Assembly (NCBI GenBank): GCA_944385815.1
Contig: CALWYQ010000156.1
Coordinates: forward strand, 20,737-84,736
DNA: 64,000 bases
From: an uncultured Oscillospiraceae bacterium
GTDB lineage: Bacteria; Bacillota; Clostridia; Oscillospirales; Oscillospiraceae
Reading direction: 5' to 3'
Made by a program: the position numbers and the translations under genes. This document shows, in pieces, positions 53,907-60,671 of the stretch. The notes beneath the pieces are model-generated. The model had not been told where the DNA came from and did not search any database. It was given only the letters and a program-made list of their open reading frames with translations. Position 1 is the first letter of the stretch; each line of letters starts with the position of its first letter.

Positions 53907-53961
53907 CTGCATATGAAAAGGCCGGGCCGCGTGAAGCGTGGGGCCCGGTCCGCTTTATTTA

Positions 53962-55077
53962 TCAGTCAACGACATATTTTGCCGCGACGCCCTTGAGTAT
54001 GGCCTCGGCGTCGTTAGTGATGCGCTCGGCAAGCTCCGCGCAGGTGGGCAGGTCGGTTATGCGCTGGGCGCACTCGCCGGCGCCGGCTATGGCGTGCTCG
54101 GCGTCGCCCTTCTCGCAGGCGGCGACGCATTCGCGGGCGTAGAGCAGCAGGTCCATGGGTATGGTGCTGTAGTCGTCCGGTACGCCGACATAGGAGCCGG
54201 GGGCGAGGCGGGCGGTGTCATAGGCGTGCTTGAGCGAGTTCGCGTTGCGCAGCAGGCGGGCGGGGCCGACAAAGCCGCGCGCGACGAGGGTGCCGCCGTC
54301 CTGGCAGTCTACGACCATCTGCTTCCAGAGCTTGGAGAAGTCGCTCTCCTGCGTCGCGAGGAAGCGCGTGCCCATCTGGACGCCGTCGGCGCCCATGGCG
54401 AAGGCGGCCGCGAGGCTCTTGCCGTCGCAGAAGCCGCCGGTACCGACCACAAGCGTGTTTTCGTCGGAGAACTTCTCAACGATGTCCGGCAGGAGGGTCA
54501 TGGAGTGCACGGGCTGCCAGGCGGTGTGCATGCCGCCCTCATGGCCGGAGGCGATCAGGACCTTGACGCCGGCCTTCTTGCAGCGGCGGGCCGCCCTGAC
54601 GCTCGGGAATACGTGCATCCAGATCATGCCCTGTTCCTCGACGTACTTGCCCCAGGGCATGGGGTCGCCGGCGGAGGTAACAAGGACCTTGAAACGCTCG
54701 CGCATCTCGGGGCTCTCGGCGCGCAGCTCGGCTATGGCCTGGGTGACCATGCGGGCGTTTTCGAGGACCTCGGTGGAGACCATGACGTTGGCACCGAAGA
54801 TGCCCTGGGACTCCTTCGTCTCTTCAAAGACGCGGCGGAACATCTTCTTGGTGATGGTGACCGGGTCGTCGTCCACGCTGGCGTGGGCCTCTTCGCAGAA
54901 GCGCTCGTAGACTATGGGCTCGGCTTCCTTGGACTGGACGCCGTAGGTGCTGCAGAGCCCGAGGCAGCCGGCGTTTGCCGCCGCTATGCACAGGCTGGTG
55001 ACCGGGTAGGGGCCCATACCGGCCTGGATCAGGGGGTACTTCAGGCCTACAAGCTCGGTAAGACGGGTTTTGATCAT
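53962..55077 (-). CDS. NMO-family FMN oxidoreductase (nitronate monooxygenase / FabK-like fold)
   Basis: It has LKYPLIQAGMG near the N-terminus and a GGFCDG..GADGVQMGTRF motif. Confidence 0.75.
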   Translation of the reverse strand: MIKTRLTELVGLKYPLIQAGMGPYPVTSLCIAAANAGCLGLCSTYGVQSKEAEPIVYERFCEEAHASVDDDPVTITKKMFRRVFEETKESQGIFGANVMVSTEVLENARMVTQAIAELRAESPEMRERFKVLVTSAGDPMPWGKYVEEQGMIWMHVFPSVRAARRCKKAGVKVLIASGHEGGMHTAWQPVHSMTLLPDIVEKFSDENTLVVGTGGFCDGKSLAAAFAMGADGVQMGTRFLATQESDFSKLWKQMVVDCQDGGTLVARGFVGPARLLRNANSLKHAYDTARLAPGSYVGVPDDYSTIPMDLLLYARECVAACEKGDAEHAIAGAGECAQRITDLPTCAELAERITNDAEAILKGVAAKYVVD

Positions 55078-55131
55078 CTGTTACACTCCTTTTCGTTGAA
55101 ATAAATTGATGACTTCTTCAGCCGCAGGGGC

Positions 55132-56532
55132 TCAGCAGAGGCCGAGGCCCTGCCAGACGGGGACGCTGCCGAGCAGCGCGATGAGCACGGCGCCCATGTA
55201 GAATATGGAGGCCTTGCGGGCAAGCTTCATATCCACAAACTTGCCGCCGGTCATGCGCACAAAGCCCGCAACGGAGGGGTTCATGTAGGCCTCGTTCCAG
55301 AACATGGTCGCCATGTAGCAGGTAAAGACAAAGACGAACATGCTTATACCGCTGCCCGGGATAAGCGGGCTGAACACGCCGGTGAGCACGGTGAGGCAGC
55401 AGGTCTGGGAAACGATGACGTACCTGAGCACGAAGGTGAGCAGGCAGACGCTGACGACAAAGATGTAGGGGTTGGAGAGCATCGGCGCGCAGATGGGGCC
55501 GAGCCAGGAGGCTATCCAGTCGCCGCAGCCGGTGGAGGTCATAAAGTTCGCGATGCTCAGCACGCCGCCGATGAAGAGCACGAGGGTCCACTGGCCCTTG
55601 GCGTTCGCGTCGGGGCTGCTGATGAGGCCGCAGCAGACAAAGGCCGCGTCCGCGATGAGCGCCACCATGCCGGCGTCAACGCCGTGAAGGTCCTGGGTTA
55701 TCCAGGCGATAAGCGCGCAGCAGACGATTGCGACGCCCTGCTTTTCCTTGGTGGACATGGGGCCGAGGGCCTTGTACTGCTCCTTGAGGAAGCTCACGTC
55801 GCCGGAAACCTCGCCCTTGGGCGCGCAGTAGACGGCGCAGAAGAGGTAGATGAGGACAATGAGGATTACGTACCAGAGCCAGGTCGCGGCCAGCCAGCCG
55901 CCCCAGGTGAAGGTGGTGCCCATGAAGCCTATCATCAGCGCGACGAAGGCGCTGCCGGACATGAAGGCGTTGCCGAGGGTGTAGGTGCAGGCAAAGTTGG
56001 CGAACCAGATGCCGAGGGCCTGCTTGCTGAAGGGCTTTACGCCGATGACCTCGCTGACCTGCGCGGTCATCGGGGCCATGAGCGCGGTCTTGGCAAAGGC
56101 GCTCGGTATCATCGGCGTGGTGGCGAGGCCGGCCAGGAGCATGGCGGTGACCTGCGCGCGGTAGGTTCCGGGGAATTTGCAGAGCACCCAGAGGGCGATG
56201 CGCTTCATAAAGCCGCTGTTATTGATGCCGACGCTCATGACAAACACGCCTATGCACAGCCAGAGCGTGCTGCCGGAGAACTGCGCCGTGACGCTTGCGA
56301 CATTGCCGATGCCGAAGGCGCACAGCAGGCCCATCGTGGCGAGGACCGCCGCCCAGTCCGCCATGGCGCCGCTTATCAGCGCCACAAGCATAAAGGTAAA
56401 GCAGCCGAGATACTGCCAGGCCTGGCGGCTCATAAGCTCCGTGACGGGCGGGACAAAGCCGATGACCAGCATCAATACGATGCCGAGGACTATGGCGACT
56501 ATCGTTTTTACAGTTTTCTTCTCAATGGCCAT
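55132..56532 (-). CDS. Anion permease, DASS/SLC13-like (ArsB/NhaD superfamily)
   Basis: It is a 466-aa polytopic protein whose pattern resembles di/tricarboxylate:cation symporters. Confidence 0.6.
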   Translation of the reverse strand: MAIEKKTVKTIVAIVLGIVLMLVIGFVPPVTELMSRQAWQYLGCFTFMLVALISGAMADWAAVLATMGLLCAFGIGNVASVTAQFSGSTLWLCIGVFVMSVGINNSGFMKRIALWVLCKFPGTYRAQVTAMLLAGLATTPMIPSAFAKTALMAPMTAQVSEVIGVKPFSKQALGIWFANFACTYTLGNAFMSGSAFVALMIGFMGTTFTWGGWLAATWLWYVILIVLIYLFCAVYCAPKGEVSGDVSFLKEQYKALGPMSTKEKQGVAIVCCALIAWITQDLHGVDAGMVALIADAAFVCCGLISSPDANAKGQWTLVLFIGGVLSIANFMTSTGCGDWIASWLGPICAPMLSNPYIFVVSVCLLTFVLRYVIVSQTCCLTVLTGVFSPLIPGSGISMFVFVFTCYMATMFWNEAYMNPSVAGFVRMTGGKFVDMKLARKASIFYMGAVLIALLGSVPVWQGLGLC

Positions 56533-56701
56533 TACACACCATCCTTTACATATTTGCTGCTCAGGACGCGCCCCACCCGCGTCCGCGCGCCGGAAAACTC
56601 AAACGCCTGTCTCTAAATTAACGCAATTATATGCGAAATTCACCAACAAATATGGCGAAAATGTCCGGTATTTTGACGCCTGTTTAAGTGCAGTTTATCC
56701 C

Positions 56702-56730
56702 TTGCAATAGATTTGACCAACAGTTATACT
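56702..56730 (+). promoter_or_regulatory. Sigma-A-type promoter for CoA-transferase copy 2
   Basis: TTGCAA (56702-56707), a 17-nt spacer, then TATACT (56725-56730). It is followed by a leader of about 175 nt. Confidence 0.5.
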
Positions 56731-56907
56731 TTTAACACAGCCTGTTCTTTACGCCTGATGCGGCAGGAGCGCATCTGAACGGGCGGCGGTCAGGCGGGCG
56801 GCACATATGGACGCCGGCGGGTTTTCCCCACAAACGTTTTTCGCCGGGCAAACAGGAGAGGCGGCCGCCGGACCGCAGGAATTTATAATTCAGAAGGAGG
56901 AAATTAC

Positions 56908-58095
56908 ATGGAAAGACCCTTAGACGGAATCTTTGTAGTTGAGCTTACTACCTATTGGGCGGGCCCCGCCGCCGGCGAATGGATGAGCCAGCTCGGCGCG
57001 CGCGTGGTAAAGGTCGAGCACGGCAAGGGCGACTCCACCCGCGTTTTCGGCCGTACCTGCGGGATGCCCATAACCGACGACGAGAACCCGTCGTACGATA
57101 TGTTCAACGGCGGCAAGGAGTCCCTACACATCGAGCTCAAGGACCCCGAGCAGATGAAGATAATGCACAACATGCTCGCCAAGGCCGACGTTTTCCTCAC
57201 GAGTATGCGCACCGGCGGCCTCAAGAAGTACGGCCTTGACTACGACAGCCTCAAGGACAAGTACCCCCGCCTTGTCATGGGGCACGCCACCGCCTACGGC
57301 AGCCAGGACGGCCCGATGTCCGACCTGCCCGGCCTCGACGCCGTGGCCTTCTTCGCCATGAACGGCATCCTGAGCGACCTGCGCATGGATCAGACCTCTC
57401 CTCCTATCTGCCCCCCGACCGGCATGGGCGACACCAGCTCCGGCATGGCCCTGTTCGGCGGCATAATGGCCGCCCTCTTCCGCCGCGAGCGCACCGGCAA
57501 GGGCGACTACGTCGCGGGCTCCCTCTACGGCACCGGCCACTGGGTTACCGGGGCCATCAGCGCCGGCACGCAGTACTTTAACCCCTGGCCGCGCAACCGC
57601 TTCACCCAGAGCCCGATGGGCCAGGCCTTTGAAACCAGCGACGGTAAGTGGGTGCAGATATTCAGCAACGAATATGACCGCTACTTCCCCGTGTTCTGCA
57701 AGGCCTTCGGCGTCGAGGAATTCATCGACGACCCCATGCTCAACTCGAGGGCCAACATAAACAAGAACAACTTCGAGGGCTGCCGCAAGATAGTCGAGCG
57801 CTGCATCGTCGAGGGCAAGAAGCGCACCGCCGAGGAAATCATGAGCGTCCTGCGCGCGGGCAACGTCCCCTGCCAGGCCCTGCGCGGCATAGGCGACAAG
57901 TATATCGAGCAGGAGCAGATCGACCAGTGCCTCGCCAACGGCTACAACGGCGTCATCTCCTACAAGAGCTGCGAGAAGTATTACCAGCCGCAGATGCCGC
58001 TCTACTTCGAGAGCGTCGGCGTCAACAACTACGCCCAGCACAGCAGGCCCATGGGCGCGGACAACGAAGCCCTTTTCAAGGAATTCGGCGAATAA
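56908..58095 (+). CDS. Type III (CaiB/BaiF family) CoA-transferase, copy 2
   Basis: It has PLDGIFVVELTTYWAGPAAGEWMSQLGARVVKVE. An AGGAGG RBS lies 8 nt upstream of the ATG. Confidence 0.85.
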   Translation: MERPLDGIFVVELTTYWAGPAAGEWMSQLGARVVKVEHGKGDSTRVFGRTCGMPITDDENPSYDMFNGGKESLHIELKDPEQMKIMHNMLAKADVFLTSMRTGGLKKYGLDYDSLKDKYPRLVMGHATAYGSQDGPMSDLPGLDAVAFFAMNGILSDLRMDQTSPPICPPTGMGDTSSGMALFGGIMAALFRRERTGKGDYVAGSLYGTGHWVTGAISAGTQYFNPWPRNRFTQSPMGQAFETSDGKWVQIFSNEYDRYFPVFCKAFGVEEFIDDPMLNSRANINKNNFEGCRKIVERCIVEGKKRTAEEIMSVLRAGNVPCQALRGIGDKYIEQEQIDQCLANGYNGVISYKSCEKYYQPQMPLYFESVGVNNYAQHSRPMGADNEALFKEFGE

Positions 58096-58110
58096 TCAGC
58101 CCGCATAACA

Positions 58111-58140
58111 AAAAACTGCCCCTGAAAAGGGGCAGTTTTT
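58111..58140. terminator. Bidirectional terminator between CoA-transferase 2 (+) and the GT-C gene (-)
   Basis: AAAAACTGCCCC TGAAAA GGGGCAGTTTTT. Confidence 0.8.
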
Positions 58141-58150
58141 GCGTTATATA

Positions 58151-59506
58151 TTACCACACCTGCCAGCGCAGGACAAAGGCCGCGGCGTATACCGCCCAGA
58201 GCGGTACCAGCGCGGCGCCGAGCGCGGCGGAGCGCCGCGGCGTGCGCGCTGCGAGCGCGGCGGCAAGGATGAAGGGCGGCAGGCATATCATATACCTCGG
58301 CGCGCTCAAAAGCCAGGTGGCGCCGATTGCGACAAAGTAGTAGGCTATGAACCACGCGGCGTAGCTCGGCCTCATGCGCCTTGCGCCGGGTATCATCAGG
58401 GCGAGGGCCGCAAAGGAAAAGGCAAGGTTCGGGAGCCACAGGCCGAGCAGGTTGTGCATATTCCCGCCGGCGCAGGCGAGCGCGTTCTCCGTCTGATAGG
58501 CGGCGGTGTTGAAGAAAAGCCCGAGGCTCTGGCCCCAGTGTTCCTTTTGATAGATCATGTACTGGAACGGATTGCCGGATACGAGGTAGTTTATGTATAT
58601 GTAAGCGCCAAAGCCGGCCGGTATCAGCAGCAGGGGCAGCAGCCGGAGCGGGCGCTTTTCACCGCGCGGGGCGTTGATGATTTTATGCAGAAGCTCCATG
58701 CACACCGGGACGAAGAGCATAAGCCCCAGCGAGCGGGTGAAGGCGGCGTAAGCGCCGCAGAGGCAGGCCGGCAGGATTTTGCCGCGCCGCGTGAGATAGA
58801 CGCAGCTCACGCTGAGAAGCAGGAAAAGGCTCTCGCTCATGGGCGCGACAAAAAAGAAGCTCCCGGGCATGAGGCAGAGAAGCCGCAGCGCGCGGAGACT
58901 GACGCCGTGCCCATAATCGAGGCGCAATAGCGAGTAAAATACGCAGCCGGCCGCAGAAAAGCTTATAATCGAGACGAAAATACCGGAAAACACAAGGTCG
59001 CCGAAAACATAGCCGGCAAGCCTCATTACAACAGGATAGCCCGGCAGGAACACTAACTGCACCAGCCTGTCCCGGCTGCCCTCGGAGAGGTACCAGTCCC
59101 GGGCGATGTCCACATAGTGCCCGCTGTCAAGGCACTCCCAGAAGTCCATGAAAGCGCGCCAGCCGGAGCCGCGGCCGCTTATGACGAATATGGCATATAT
59201 TATCGTCTGAATTAATATGCAGCAGAGCAGCAGCGCGCCGAAAATCCTCAGCCTTATGCCGGGCGGCTCCCCATGTGCCGCCGCGGGGGCCGCGCGCCCT
59301 TCGCGCGACCAGAAGCGCATCCAGCCCGGCACAAAATTCAGGCAGACCGCGGCAAAAAGCGCCGTGCTCACGAGCGCCGCGAGGCAGGCTGGGAGGCCGT
59401 AGTCCGACTTGCCGAGCCAGAGGGCAAAGAGCGCCCAGAGCGCAATGAGCCCCGAGAGGCATATTATAAGCCCGGGAAGGGTGTATTTTTGCTTCAGTCT
59501 CCGCAT
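58151..59506 (-). CDS. GT-C-type integral membrane glycosyltransferase-like protein (PIG-V/mannosyltransferase-like)
   Basis: It has about 11 TM helices and a DSGHYVDIARDWY....LVFLPGYP signature resembling the PIG-V mannosyltransferase family. Confidence 0.5.
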   Translation of the reverse strand: MRRLKQKYTLPGLIICLSGLIALWALFALWLGKSDYGLPACLAALVSTALFAAVCLNFVPGWMRFWSREGRAAPAAAHGEPPGIRLRIFGALLLCCILIQTIIYAIFVISGRGSGWRAFMDFWECLDSGHYVDIARDWYLSEGSRDRLVQLVFLPGYPVVMRLAGYVFGDLVFSGIFVSIISFSAAGCVFYSLLRLDYGHGVSLRALRLLCLMPGSFFFVAPMSESLFLLLSVSCVYLTRRGKILPACLCGAYAAFTRSLGLMLFVPVCMELLHKIINAPRGEKRPLRLLPLLLIPAGFGAYIYINYLVSGNPFQYMIYQKEHWGQSLGLFFNTAAYQTENALACAGGNMHNLLGLWLPNLAFSFAALALMIPGARRMRPSYAAWFIAYYFVAIGATWLLSAPRYMICLPPFILAAALAARTPRRSAALGAALVPLWAVYAAAFVLRWQVW

Positions 59507-59568
59507 GGGTACGCCTCCGTCTTGCTAACTGAGGGCATTATAGCACGCCTGTCTACAGATGTCAACAG

Positions 59569-60159
59569 TTACGGACGCCAGCCGGTCCTGTCCGCTTCGG
59601 TGATTTTGCGTATGACGCGGCAGGGTATGCCGGCGGCGACGGAGTTTTCAGGTATGTCGTGCGTGACGACGCTGCCCGCGCCGATTATGCTGCCGGAGCC
59701 TATGGTCACGCCCTGGATAATGTGCGTCCCCGCGCCGACCCAGACGTCGGAGCCTATGCGCACGGGCTCGGAGTAGCAGCCGCCGAGGCGGCGCTCGGCG
59801 GGGTCGTTGGCGTGGTTGGAAGTGTAGATGCCGACGCGCGGGCCGAACATTACGTTGTCGCCGATTATGATATCGTTGCAGTCGAGCATTACGCAGTCGT
59901 AATTGGCGAAGAAATTGTCCCCGACCGATATGTTGAAGCCGAACTCGCAGCGGAAAAAGCGCTCGAAGCGCGCGTTTTTGCCCGCGTGGCGCAGGAGCTC
60001 GCCGAGAATCTCAGTGCGCCGGGCTTCGTCGGCGCGGTAGAGCGAGTTATATTCGTCGCAGAGCCGCGCTGCCCTGGCCCGCTCGGCCTCCAAAAGGGGG
60101 TGGGCGTCGTTGTACATCTCGCCGGACTTCATCCGGGCGACTATTTCCTCAGTTGTCAT
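59569..60159 (-). CDS. maa: Maltose/galactoside-type sugar O-acetyltransferase (left-handed beta-helix)
   Basis: It has an Mac N-terminal domain (MTTEEIVARMKSGEMY) and hexapeptide repeats (IGDNVMFGPRVGIY, IGSDVWVGAGTHI, IGSGSIIGAGSVV). The start is at Met7 of the track ORF, behind an AGGAGG RBS. Confidence 0.85.
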   Translation of the reverse strand: MTTEEIVARMKSGEMYNDAHPLLEAERARAARLCDEYNSLYRADEARRTEILGELLRHAGKNARFERFFRCEFGFNISVGDNFFANYDCVMLDCNDIIIGDNVMFGPRVGIYTSNHANDPAERRLGGCYSEPVRIGSDVWVGAGTHIIQGVTIGSGSIIGAGSVVTHDIPENSVAAGIPCRVIRKITEADRTGWRP

Positions 60160-60182
60160 GTGCGCCTCCTGATTCATGATTT

Positions 60183-60212
60183 AAGGGGATCGGTGAGAGC
60201 ACCGGTCCCCTT
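60183..60212 (-). terminator. Strong stem-loop at the 3' end of rnpB (probable terminator, weak U-tract)
   Basis: It is a 13-bp stem with one mismatch (AAGGGGACCGGTG/CACCGATCCCCTT on the minus strand). The trailing sequence is only TTAAATC. Confidence 0.45.
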
Positions 60213-60215
60213 AAA

Positions 60216-60580
60216 AACGAGCGGGCCTGTAAGCCGGGTTCTGTAATCGACGGCCATCTATCTACGCCTTGCGTTGCCGCAAGGCTTTAGCCACCTCCAT
60301 GGGACGGCCGGGCCGGCCTCAACGTCCCTCCGCGGTGTTGCTCCGGATAGAGTTTACAGCATCAACCTGTCTCCAGGCGATGGGCGGGCGCTTATCTCCG
60401 CCTTTCCACCCTTACCTGTAGGCAGGCGCAAAAGCGCCTGTACCGGCGGTATATCTCTGTTGCACTTGTCCGAGGGTCGCCCCTGGCGGGTGTTACCCGT
60501 TATCCTTGCCCTGTGGAGCCCGGACTTTCCTCACGCACAGGCTTTCGCCTTATGCCCGCGGCCGTCCGGCCCGCTTGCCC
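60216..60580 (-). ncRNA. rnpB: Bacterial RNase P RNA (rnpB)
   Basis: The minus strand reads GAGGAAAGTCCGGGC (plus 60518-60532), the universally conserved P4 5' strand. It also reads ACAGAACCCGGCTTA (plus 60231-60245), the P4 3' strand. P1 can form between CAAGCGGGCC near the 5' end and GGCCCGCTCG near the 3' end. There is a TTGACG-17-TAAAAT promoter just upstream. Ends are approximate (+/-5 nt). Confidence 0.88.
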
Positions 60581-60584
60581 TGAC

Positions 60585-60613
60585 ATTTTACTGCTCTTAA
60601 ATGCCGCCGTCAA
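60585..60613 (-). promoter_or_regulatory. Sigma-A-type promoter for rnpB
   Basis: On the minus strand: TTGACG (plus 60608-60613), a 17-nt spacer, then TAAAAT (plus 60585-60590). Confidence 0.55.
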
Positions 60614-60621
60614 TAAAAATG

Positions 60622-60650
60622 TTGTAATTGCACGGCTTAGAGGATATAAT
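60622..60650 (+). promoter_or_regulatory. Sigma-A-type promoter for murD
   Basis: TTGTAA (60622-60627), a 17-nt spacer, then TATAAT (60645-60650). Confidence 0.55.
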
Positions 60651-60671
60651 TGAGCGGTTAGGAGTGATAGC

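Noticed and set aside
60274-60600. A 108-aa plus-strand ORF.
   Set aside because: The region is the RNase P RNA gene on the opposite strand, so the ORF is incidental.
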